Below, piece after piece: positions 43,187 to 55,190 of a stretch of DNA of 64,000 nt; positions within the stretch are counted from its first letter, which is position 1, and each line of letters opens with the position of its first letter. The stretch is from Blasia pusilla (Eukaryota): contig CM114271.1 of NCBI GenBank assembly GCA_050084515.1, positions 4,650,001 through 4,714,000 of the forward strand. Reading direction: 5' to 3'. The notes beneath the pieces were generated by a model. The model was given only the letters and a program-made list of their open reading frames with translations, was not told the DNA's origin and did no database searches. The position numbers and the translations under genes are program-made.

Positions 43187-43355
43187 CCGTGGTCGCAACA
43201 CTGGAGGAAGTGTCTCTACAATAGCGGCGGATTTGATGGAGAGTGGGTCAGGGGAGGAGAGGAGGGCCCCGGCATTGCCTGCAGATTCTCAGGCAGTGGG
43301 CCGACCGGCCGACCAGCGAGGGCCTACCACAGACCTCAGGTAGCGCTCCAGCGGA

Positions 43356-43505
43356 CTACGACAGCCCTTAGGTCGAGGACTAGAGTCACGAGGTCGCCGA
43401 ACCGAGCCCTACAGTCCTTAGGTGGATGAGTAGAGAGTTACAAGTTCCCCGAACCGAACCCTACAGTCCTTCTGTCGAGGACCAGAGTCACAAGGTCCCC
43501 GAACC
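43356..43505. repeat. Three-copy minisatellite (about 50 bp)
   Basis: The unit acag.cctt..gt.ga....agagt.ac.ag.tc.ccgaacc occurs three times. Confidence 0.8.
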
Positions 43506-46500
43506 TCTCTCTCTCTCCGTCCTCCCTCCTCCGGTGCGGACACCTGGTGTCGGCGGCGATGAATGCGTTCCGTATAATGAGTGCCACTCTCGAGAGTCCG
43601 AGTACGAGTCACAGTAGTCAGGACGCTCAGTACAGTGCCGTACATTACAGTACAGCGAGTGCAGCAGTGCCTTCTCCTGAGCTCCTCGGGTAAGAGTCGC
43701 GTTTCCCCGAGCTGGTGCAGCTGCTCCAGTTTGCCGGGATGGGACGGCCCAAGGAGTAAGTACGTACGTCGTGATTCTTGAGTAACGCCATGCGGATCGA
43801 TCGATCTAGGGACACGGGGTCGTTCATTCCCTGCGAGGCACGAGAAAGCATAGGGGCCTGCATTCCTCCGTCGTCCCTCGTGGTCCGTCCGTCCGTCCGT
43901 CCGTCCGTAGCAGCCGGCGGAGGGCGAGAACGGGGGAGCCAAGCGATGGCCGCGGCGCGCGCGTGCGACCGTAAAGTGCGCCGTCGACAGAATCCCCAGC
44001 ATACGCTCGGAGAGACCCTGCGACGATGAGAGGAGCGAGACCCTGATGCGCCGCGTTCAGTTACCGCCTGGAGCTGCCCGATCCCTGACTTCCCCGAAAC
44101 CGAACGAACGAACGAACCAACCCTCCACCTCATCTCTTGCAAGTGCGTACGCGAAAAACCCCACCCACGAACGGCTCACCTACCTACCGATGGGAGGGGA
44201 GGAGAGGAGAAGAATCGAGCAACATCGGCGTCACGGCGAATGTGGCGGAGCGCGATCGGATGCGAAGGTGCTCCTCGCTCGCTCGTCCGCGTCCCGTGGA
44301 TCCGCCGCGATCAGTACGCGCGAGTCCCGACGCCGATCACTGCCAGGAAACGCCGAAAGCCTCTACAGTCGCCACTACAGTAGAGCCAACCCCGACATCC
44401 ACAGAACACCTCTTCTCTCTCCTCCAGATCGCATTCACTCATGGCCGATCGTCGTGTGAAACGGCCGCCCCGGCAATCCATCGATCGCGCCACCGACATC
44501 CGGAGGCCCGGAGGAAGGAGAAGTAGACGAGGGCATCACGATCGTCCCCCACACCGACGAGAATCATGAGCCTTTCGGCCTGAGATATCTGTTCGCGAGA
44601 GAAGTTAACCGCTTCGACGTCTTCTCGACTTCGAAGGTTCCTTTTCGTGGCCTTTCTCGTGCGCCGGACACATGCGGATTCGATCGCACTTCAATTCTGT
44701 TCAGTTCCGGATACATGTCTCGTAGTGAGGGAATGAGTTGTCCCCATGGAAAAATGGAAAAGGCGACACCTTTAGCAAAAGGTAAAAGGTGTCATAGTCG
44801 AAGGTGATAAGGTCTGCGTTTTCACGCATCCGTCGTCGTTACTTTCTCTCACTTGGCTCATGCTGTCGACTTCGGATTAGGTCTAGACGTTAATGGTGAC
44901 CGGATAACTCCTACGAGCTTTTGGATTGGATGACATGAGGGAAGCGCACTGACAATATAGAGGGCATGAGGAAGTTTTGGTGTTTAGGGTTAGGGTGATC
45001 GGCGATGGAAGACCTTTCCACCCCTCCCCACAAAAAATAAAATAAAAATCATCCATCAAGAAATATCATCAGACGCCGAAAAATCAAAGAGAGGATCCTC
45101 TCACAAAAGTCACCACCACTCCTCCGAACGCATTAAGTCGGAGGCAAAAAGAAATCTCATGAGCGTAAGAAGTTAAAAATAGAGAGAACCTCCCCCATTA
45201 ATTCAACACGTTTCAGAAACCCATTAATTTCCATAAACCCATTAACGCGGACGTGTTCAAGAGGAGGACATGTTCTTAGAGAAGGTAAGAGTAATTATTA
45301 TTAGAGAGGACCCGTTCTATGGAAACAAATTTTTTTCCTTGTGTCAGATAATAATAAAAATTACGGTTTTGCATGAGAGGTCCTTTCGTTTTGTTTTTCA
45401 ACAGCCACTAAACATAGCTAACTTAAGCGTCGCAAAACTCAACGGGTGAAATCCGCTCTTGGAAGAAATCTATTAAACATATGCTGAGAGTATTATCATG
45501 TAATTCCCGTAATATCGACTGGGAAAGTTCGATTATGAGCTCCTCCTAAAGTACAGAGAGAGAGAACTAAATAAATAAACATGCTACTAACACACTAATT
45601 GAAAAAAACACCTTCTACTACCTTAAGAGTGCAAACTTCTACCCACATGATTCCAACGCCCCAAAAGTGAACCCATGCCATTGGCGAAAGGAGGAGGAGG
45701 GGGAGACGGTCTTAGAACAAATCATTCTTTCTTCTCCAAACAACTCCCCGTTATTCCCACCAAATTATTCTCCTCCAAACAACCCTCCCCCCCCCGTTAT
45801 CCCCAATGCTCGAGGATACCCTAGTAAGTTTAGAAAATCGTTTAGAATAATAAGTGAGGCTTATAGGCTTAATAAAGTGGTGAAAAGTGTCGATATAAAA
45901 GAGGGTGGTAGTAGGTGGTCGGGGAATGTCACATGGGTTGGCACGATCACAACGCGAGGGAAATGGATATTCTATCTCCAACGGCATAGGAGTTCTTATC
46001 TTCTTCGTCTTTCTTCAATGGTCATGAACATGGGCTCTCATAAATTGCAACTATTGTCGTGAAGATCGCCCCCACCACTCTAACCGAATTTCGTACCTTT
46101 TTCCATCAGCTCTGCATCTTCCCCTCCCCTCCATTAAAGACGCCAATAGTAGAGCACTCGTCCTTAGCATCCCCACCATTATTCGCCCTTTGCTCCTCGG
46201 ATCCTCCTCCTCCTCCTCCTCCATCACACTCTCTCATCCGACCAAAATTTTGTTTGCAAGTCTTCCTCCCTCATTCATTCACTCTCCTAGCCAAACTAGT
46301 TGGGGTTATGCTATGCACGGGTGAATGAAAAAATTAGTTCGGGTTTCAAATCAATTTGTGGTCTCTGCGACGGGGGGCGAAGACAATAATTAACATATAT
46401 GTGCATAGAACATGTGGATAGTCTAGATGGTCAGGAAAAAAAATAACGAGGACTTGTAGAGGCCGTAAAGAGGTCAGTGGGGAGAACAACACTTGTCAAT

Positions 46501-48590
46501 CAAACGCCAGTAAATCAATTACACGCTGAAAAAGACAGGTGTCACCAAGAAGGAAGACACTCGGTATAAGGGCACTCTACCACAATAATATGGATTTCAG
46601 GCCGGTGTGGTTGGGGGTTGTTATCTTTGTTTCTAGCAGTGATGGGTGATTCTTTTTTCCCCTAAGTTGGTCCTTTTAATATGAACTTGGAAGGTATCCG
46701 CTTACTTTTATTTTATTCAAAGTGATGGATGACTTTTTTCACAAAAAGTTCATGTCTATTGATTAAAGAAGGATTACCTCCTAATGGGACACTTTTTTAG
46801 TTATGATGTCACTCATGTAGCTCATCCCACACATATAAAATTTGAAAATATGAGTTTGTGAATTCTATATACTGTTATGAGAGGAGCAATTTCCACATGG
46901 CGACAGCCAAATTAGTGATGCGTGTCAAATTTGAAGTTTTGTTTTTTCTCATACTTGTCGTCAACTTCTTGACGACAAGGCTTTATAGATTAAGATGTTA
47001 TACTATCGTAGATATCATTCCTTCTAACTCATAATTATCATTCGCTCCTAAGTTCCCATTCCCCTTCATAGCACTTTTAATAATCCTTACTCTCATGGCC
47101 TTTGATCCTCTCATGCAGTAGATTAGAAAATTCAGACACATTTTTGCACTCATACCTAAGTATGAGTTATGGATGGACTTGTCAGTGCAGAATTCCCCCT
47201 CCCCCCCAAATTTTATTTTTTTCTTGCACTCGGTGTCAATCACCAATGATTCATACCTAGTGGAGACCCAAGTTACCCCACACCCTTTCATCCATCCAAC
47301 TATAACACTCTTTATTAACATGAAAACCCTTTATCCCTTTAAATTCGAATTATTTTGGTAATTTCCAAACATGCCCTAATGCCACTTCTTGTCACCCATA
47401 ACAACAACAAAATTTTGGCTGGAGAGAGCAATAGATAGTTACAACTAAGTGAGTCAACTGCCGCCAACTACACGTGGACTTTTCCGGTCACTGTCGCTGG
47501 TTTCCAAAAGAAATGCAAAGAAGATGAAAAGAAAAGCTCTTGAAGTCCATAAATGTGTCACCTCTATTTCCCCCCTTCACGATCTGCCCACCCAAATGTG
47601 TGACCTTTCGCCCCCTACATGTCTCATGTCTGCTGCGCGTGTTCATAAGATGAGCTCTAGATTGCCCCATAAATGTGTCATCTCCCTATACCCCCTCACG
47701 ACGCACCGACTCAAAAGTGTCACCTTTCGCCACTCCTCCGCATTGTCGAGTTCTTAGCAGTGGCCTCGCCTCCCTCATGGAGCCAGGGATGCTCCGTGGA
47801 ATCTCCAGCTTTGCACCCCCAAGCAGGAACACCGAGTGTGACCTGCTCAGCTGTTTGGAACTTCACCCAGCTTTTGTTTCTTCAATTATTTTATTTTGGT
47901 GGATAAATCATTTTGGGGGGGCGCTCATCATGTCATTTATTCATTTGCTCGAAAGCTGCTCTTTTCAGGATCCAGACAATGGCCTATTCTTTCTTCAATG
48001 TCGAAAAATAAATCTTGCTTTTCAAATATTCTTGTGGTTTAGAAAGTGGAAGTTCTTTTCAGCTCTTTACAACCCCTGGAAAATTGAGTTTTCTCTGGTT
48101 TGTTCTTCCTTTCATTTCCTGAAAATTATTTTTTCTTTTCTTTAGCGAAAAGTCTTTTGTTTTATTCAGTTCTCGCATTTTTTAAAACTGGAATTCTTTG
48201 GTTTTCATAACTTCTTATGTTTCAGGAAATCGAATTTCTACCCGACCACTTTTCTCTAATTCTCAAAACTCGCCATAATTACACGCTTCTCTTATACTTG
48301 AGGTCTCATAAGGTTGTAGTGCAAGTCTTTTGGTGGGCTCTTGGGTTCCCAAGAGTTCCACTCGTCTTCATTGGTTTAAACCTATTCCCACAATTGCTGC
48401 CAGAGAGTGGACATCTTTTCTTCTTATTGCAATCCTGCCCTTTCTCACTAAGGTGGGATAACATTTGGATATGGATGACCAAGCTCTATTTTCGAATTGA
48501 AAACCCACTAAGGGGCTTATCTTTTAACTAAAAGTTGGAGGACCATCCTCTTGAGGGCCAAGAGGATATGTGGTTCTATGATTTATTTAT

Positions 48591-48592
<2 letters not shown>

Positions 48593-48622
<30 letters not shown>
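48593..48622. repeat. (TC)n microsatellite
   Basis: Read directly. Confidence 0.9.
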
Positions 48623-48626
<4 letters not shown>

Positions 48627-51600
48627 GAACCTACAACTCCAAAGCCGTTTTCTCTGCCTGAAATTCCCATCCTCTCTCTCCCTCCCTCCACCCCCTACCC
48701 ATAGTCTCAATCAATCTCTCTCTACTTAACTCCCTTTTGCTCTCTCCATTTGGGCCACAAGTTTGAGATCAACCACTCCAATATGAACCCACATCGAATC
48801 CAAATGAGGGCCTTCTCTGCCTCAACTCTTCATCCTCCATCCCCCCCCCCACCCAATAATAATAAAAAAGAACCTCGCATTGTCACAATCATTGCCAATG
48901 AAGCTAGCACCTTCCCTCCTCCCTTGCAACTCATAGGCATTTATAGTCCTTAGGCTTGTAAGATACACGTCCAGAGTTCGACTCCTCCTGGAGAGTAATC
49001 ATGAGAGTGTGAACGCGCACCCCATCAGCTCCACGAAGAGGTCTGTATTTATTTTTGTAGGAACTCCACCATAAAGCCCTCTTGGATCTTCTGGAAAATA
49101 AAGTTGTCCATTCATTTTTACCCTCAATATATTTATGAGAACGACTTTTCTTTCCTGTTCCATCAATGGGTCTTGTTTCGATTTTCGCAGTTTGAAATTT
49201 GCGTTGCTATTCTGTTAATGGAATGCAAAATACCCTAAGTCCATAATCTTTTAATCTAATGGAATTCTTTTAATCTAATTTGGATATGTTGTGTAAACCC
49301 CCCACTATGAAATCCTATGGTTGCTATGTGGAACCCATAATCAGGTTGTAGTTGGGATATCCAAGCCCAAACATAGGTCATGTAGTCCATCTAGATATGA
49401 GTACTAGTTATGGTCGACGTTGGAAATGGCAAGCCACATTTGCTTGTCGTTGGTCACTCATTGTAATAGTCGTGACTCCCTCTGGGTGCCATTCAGTGGT
49501 TGTTTTCTTTTGGGACCACTCGGTATCTGGAGTTTGTAATTTGACTTTTTTTTAATTTGCTTTCTTTTGGTATTTGTCAAATGGGAGTTGGGAGAGAAGT
49601 GGTTGCATGAGGTAGATCTAGTTCTAAGTCATATTTACCTTAATATATTCATGTATGACTTCTACCCTAAAACATGGTAGACATTCTAAAAAACACCATA
49701 TATACGCTTTGGAAAGATAAGACCAAAAACACAAGGAGACTTACTAATGGCCTAACGTGACTCCGTAATTCAAATATTATATTTGTAATGAAGTTAAATA
49801 TTAAATATAATCAAATTTACATAGAATTAAAATTTGGATTCAAATTATATTTGGTGGAACAAAATTTTATTTGAACACGATCAACGCAATTTTTTGTCTG
49901 AAACTTGTATTTAATTGAAAACAAGTCAGATGCCCATAAGATGCATGGACCTCCAGAAGATAATGGATATACTTCCCATGCTACACCCATGACATGCAGA
50001 TCATGATGAAATTCGAATTATAATTATCAAGTAAGCATATGGGGAGAAGTGGCAAACTTATATTGGTTAAGAATGACTAGTGTCGACCTCGAGGATGTAT
50101 AGTGATTATAGTCACGAGATGGGTGTCTAAATTTGGCTTAATTTAAAATCCTTATGAGAAATGGTTGGATCCTCTTAATTTTTCAAGAAGAAAGTTTTTG
50201 ATCAAATAAAGGAAAAATTAGTAATAAAAAGTAGATAAGTTGAATTTAAGAAAAAAATAGCCTCAATAGAGAAAATAATAATAATAAGTAAATCACACCC
50301 CAAAAGAAAAATATATATCACATTCATACATAATTTGATGCACTCAGTGTACATGCTTAGAAGTTTAGAATTTGAAATCATTGTGTTTTCAAAATCTTCT
50401 TCATGGGAAAGGATCACCAAATTTAGGTGAAAGTCATAGTCGTAATCTCAAGATTGAATTTGGAAAAAAAATTGACTAGATTTTTTCTTCTCTTGACTTG
50501 ATTTCAGATATATCCACGTTTCTCCAGATTTTTCAAGATATGATTTTCTTATTGATACAATTTCATTCCGTAAGAAAATAAAATTTCCTACTTCGATAAA
50601 TCCACATGAACTATTAAATCAACTCGTATTTCATTGCCTTGTTTCTCTCGTTTGACTTGAATGGGGTTTACTGACTCTCACTTGTAGCGTCTAAATAGAA
50701 TCTCTATGACTATGATAGTGGGGCAAGGAAGAAAGCTTAACTATATAATCATCTTTATAAAGGATATCGATTTGTTCTATTAGTTATTGAGACATTAAAG
50801 TTATGGGTGAGATGTTTGACTCTTTCCTCATTGATTATACGGATTTTTTCCTCTTGAAAAAAATGTTTCCTTTAGCTATTGTACTTTTGTATGATAGTCC
50901 ATAAGTCTACATCTCTTTGTAATGTGCCCAAGTCTTTAGGCGTATGCCACGGGCTCAATTTTTAAGGAGACTCTAATAGAAGTCCCTCTTGCAATCTATA
51001 GAAATTCTCCAATCTGGAGACAAAGAATTTCGAAAGGTTATTAACTTTTTCTTAAGTTCAACTGGTATAATAGTGGGGTTCTCCGACTCCTCTAGTCTAA
51101 TTTCCCAATAATAATACAAATATAAGCACGTGCAATGCACACAATTGAATTACCTCCCTTAATTATCTTTGAAGTACCATTACATATGAAATCAGAGAAT
51201 TATATTGGCTCAAAAAGCAAAAAATATCTATTTACTGAAATTATCAAGTATTGGAACGAGAAGAACTTATAATATTACTAGAAGAGGATGGGATTTGAAC
51301 ACCACATTGTCTGGCCATGACAAGTATACACTTTGGTCTCCTCCTTATGACAAGTGCAACAATTAACAAAATAACTAAAGTAACATAACAAAACAACTTT
51401 TTTCGGGGGTGATTTTCACGTGCATTATTTTAACGATAATATAATTTTCGCGGGTATTACTAATATAAATGAATCCCTTTCTAAAACACACAAATAAAAA
51501 ATATTAAATAATTCATATGAGATATTATCATTTTAAAATAGTAAAAAAACCTTTAAAACTTACGCTCGTTCTAACGAAAAGTACGAAAATGATATGGCAA

Positions 51601-52993
51601 AATCGTCTTATAAAATTAATTAACGAATTTCTAATAAAACCCGTTATTTCACACGTGCAGAAGGTTGTTTTGACGGGCGCCGAAGTGCAGCCGCTCCAGC
51701 GCCTGATTGGTAGACGAATCTATCTATTGCGGCAGTCCGGGAGTAGGTTTCGCGTATCCGGAGGACAGCGACGCATTTACGTCCATGCGGCTACTAGCCT
51801 TGAGAATGACAGAAACGCGTGTCCTCTTTTTCCGTAGGCGCTCCGGTCAATAATCCACCAATCCCGCCGTTCTTGTGCGGAGGATCACCAGTACCTCAGC
51901 GACAGCTGCCTGGCGGCCGTCGCCATCTTTCTATTCTCGTGTTGTTTCCTTCCCTCATACAGAACACGCGCGCGTCCAACTTGCTTCCTTGCGCCGCGCC
52001 GCGCCGACGAACGCCGCTTTACAGCTGCCAGCTGGCTCAGCTCCTCCCCACAGCCGAAGTCACGTCCGCCCCGCTCGAGATAGCGAGAGCCTCCATCGCT
52101 ATCGCAGACTACGGACGACGGCGCCGACGGCGACCGTATACGACAATTGTTAACATGTCTGCAGACTCTTCACTCGTATCTGTTAGAGATGCGCTTGTCA
52201 TCAGTAATGATTTGTAGATGAAAACGATGAGAATACTTTTATTACGAAAGAGAATGAGTGCATTTGTAATTCGTGGAGTTTTACAAAGATTAATTAAAAA
52301 AATATTTTCCTAAGGGTTTGATTATTTTGAAGTGTGTGGCTCTTGAGGTCGTATTTGTCAGAATCCTATGTTTTAAGATATTAGTACCTTACCTTCACGA
52401 TGCCCTTTAGTTTCTTTTTGTTAGCATCCTTAAATGCTTTTGTACACTTGTCAATATGGAGAGGTTTAAAAAAAATGAACATCATAAGAGTACTTCTTAA
52501 ATCCGGTTATCTTTCAATAATATAGATTTATGTAGGCACAAGACGTGATATAAGCCTCCGATGAGTTATGCTCATTGGAGGATAACTCATTTTAGCAAGC
52601 AAGTGAACCTTAAAAGGAATGTCCTACTTGGAATGCAAACCTATAATGGTTTACTCTTATATTCTCTTGCCTTTGTTCCAACACAAAAGATATGTCAATA
52701 GGGAGTGATGATAAATTTGGGGGTTCTAAAGTCAATGGAGAAAAAGAGTAAAATTAGGGGGTTGGAATCATGGATGATCCATGCTTAGCTAATATGATGA
52801 AAATATGAGTCTATTTAAAATTCTCTCCATCTAATAATGCTTGGAGAAAGGAAAAAAAAAACCCCTAAAGATACGATCGTTATAATCCCTCAAAGAAATG
52901 CTTATGTAGATCATCCATGTTTAAAAATTCTACCATTCGGATCCCATTTATGACTAATATTTTTTCTTTTCTAAGTTCCATTATTAATTAATT

Positions 52994-53008
52994 GAGAGAG
53001 AGAGAGAG

Positions 53009-53041
<33 letters not shown>
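52994..53041. repeat. Compound (GA)n(AT)n microsatellite
   Basis: Read directly. Confidence 0.9.
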
Positions 53042-53043
<2 letters not shown>

Positions 53044-54289
53044 TTCTATAATCCTATGAAAACAAGAACGAAACAAACTAGAAACTAGATGAACCTAGGG
53101 AAAACTCAACCTTCATACATTTCAAGAATGGTATCTAATCATAAAAAATCAAAGTTTAACCAACGAAACCGCCCTCCTAATAAATTAACAAAGATGTGAG
53201 ATAAGTATTTGTGAGGGCACTTTGACAAGTGCCATGAAATGCATGTTTTATATCTATTTCAATCCCAATCTCCTTTTCAATCTCTCATATTTCCACCTCT
53301 CAAAATTACGCAAAGTGCTTTTGCGTGCAACTACTCCTATGAACATCAACCAGAAAGGAATAACCATCATCTTCATCATCCATCACAATCATGAGCATCA
53401 TTTTGTTCTTAACATCCCAACATTCTTGGAGGAACCTACACAAACCCTAAACTATGTGGGCTCTGCATAGACTCTACTCTTTTAGAGTATACAAGTTTAG
53501 AGTAGCTATGTGGACAAGTACATTCATGTGCATATATATGAAATGGATGCCTGAAATATATTTAAAAATAAAAAATCTTTCTAATTGTGTATTTATAGGC
53601 CTATTTCTTTATTTAAGAAGAGTGACTACTTGGTGGGATAGTTGTGGGATCATGTTAGTCCATTTGAGGAATTGGGGGGTACATAAATCGGAGTTGGATT
53701 TTAGGTCCATTTTAATTTCCTATAATATGTGTAGCACGTAATGAGGATGAGTTAAGTTAACATTAGGACACTACCTCTATATTTATGTGCTGAAAGCTCC
53801 TCTTTTGATTCATGTATGGACCTTTGTGTCACTAGCAAGTGTCCTCATTAGGAACCCATATGTGATAAGCTCTAGTTCATCCTTAAGCAAGCCTTTTGGG
53901 GTCTTGTTTGGTGGGCTTCAACCCCAGGTGAGATTCATCCACAAAACTCAAACATGTGTATTATTGACGGTGAAATCTCGTTCCATGACATCTACGAGGT
54001 TAAAGGGGAGTACAAGAGCACCAAGACAAGTGACTTTCTTCCAAAGGAGTAGGACTATCATACTCTCTTGGCAATAGGGGTCATCCGCATTTCCAAATGT
54101 TTTCTTTCCCATTTTAAGTCGTTTAAAGGGTATAAGCCCTTCTCCCATTCACATGATTCCGACTTTCAATCCCATGAATCTTTTGTGTTCCCACCCGATC
54201 TCTTCTCTTTCACAAGGACTTTGAGATTTCGTCTCTTTTCTGATATGTTTAGCGGATAGGTGGGTGCCCCTATTCTATTTTCGGGCCGG

Positions 54290-54418
54290 TTGTGACCTTC
54301 ACTTACTCTACTCCTTAAACCCCTCGTTTTTAAATCAGAGTTTTCCATCCCCTTTGTGACCTTCACTTACTCTACTCCTTAAACCCCTCGTTTTTAAATC
54401 AGAGTTTTCCATCCCCTT
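54290..54418. repeat. Perfect 64-bp tandem duplication
   Basis: ttgtgaccttcacttactctactccttaaacccctcgtttttaaatcagagttttccatcccct occurs twice. Confidence 0.9.
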
Positions 54419-55190
54419 TTTATTGACACCTCTTTCTTTTTCACAAGTAGAGCAGAAAAGAAAAACACAAAAAACTATGTAAGATCCTGCAATTATCCCC
54501 TTGTCTTGATTGGGTGTGGGCGGAGTCAAACTTGGATACAACCCAAGTCCTCTATCGAGGCCATGGAGTGGTGAAATATTGCATGAATCTGGTGTCCTTG
54601 TCTCTTACGATTAATACCCAGCAACGACGGGGTAGACTAGGCCAGCACTCTATTCATGGAAGAATCCAAGGAGGTCGATAGATTTCATGGGCTTTGGAGA
54701 CGATCTCATTGGGAGGCATAGCAACAAAACTAGTGGTTAATGTGGTGGGAGTGGGGGAAAAGACGATTGGGTCTTCGATATGTGTGAGGGAGCAAGACAA
54801 AGTTCCTTGTTTTGTGCTTGAAAGGTGGCAGTTTTGCGGAAAGGGTCCCACTTTTAATTGCGAGTGCGATTAGTGCCTTCCCTGATTCCGCGCCGGAGCC
54901 CCACACAATTCTCTCCTGGGGAAGCAACCGCCAAAGGTTGAACTTTTGAAAGTTGGGAGTTTCGTCTTCGTGCCCCCGCGATGGTTTCTCCCCGTTCTCA
55001 CGGATCCAATCGACTTCCACGATTTGAAAAGGAGGACTTTCTATTCTCTGGACGGAAAGAGAAAATGAAATGAAAATAAAAATTGATGGAAAGAAATCTA
55101 TATCATTACTGCAAAATCTCTTTATGATTTTCAAACCCTTATCTACATTATTGAAACGGGACTTGGGAACCCCTCCTCTATTGTCCACGG

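Noticed and set aside
42967-43505. CRISPR-like repeat-spacer array
   Set aside because: There are only two or three degenerate tandem units without unique spacers, no cas genes, and the context is eukaryotic.
43664-43685. Partial miR390/TAS3-like site (ctcctgagct)
   Set aside because: Only about 10 nt match, and no second site or tasiARF-like sequence is visible nearby.
44983-44995. tttagggttaggg as a telomeric target of the CRE-like element
   Set aside because: It is only two units and is not adjacent to any CRE copy; the element flanks are not telomeric.
48950-48995. tRNA B-box-like gttcgactcc (also gttcaaatccc on - near 51290)
   Set aside because: No cloverleaf or convincing A-box could be built; at most a SINE relic.
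55090-55190. IYII...IYIIETG resembling a GIY-YIG nuclease
   Set aside because: The catalytic Gly/Arg/Glu pattern is absent and the frame is short.
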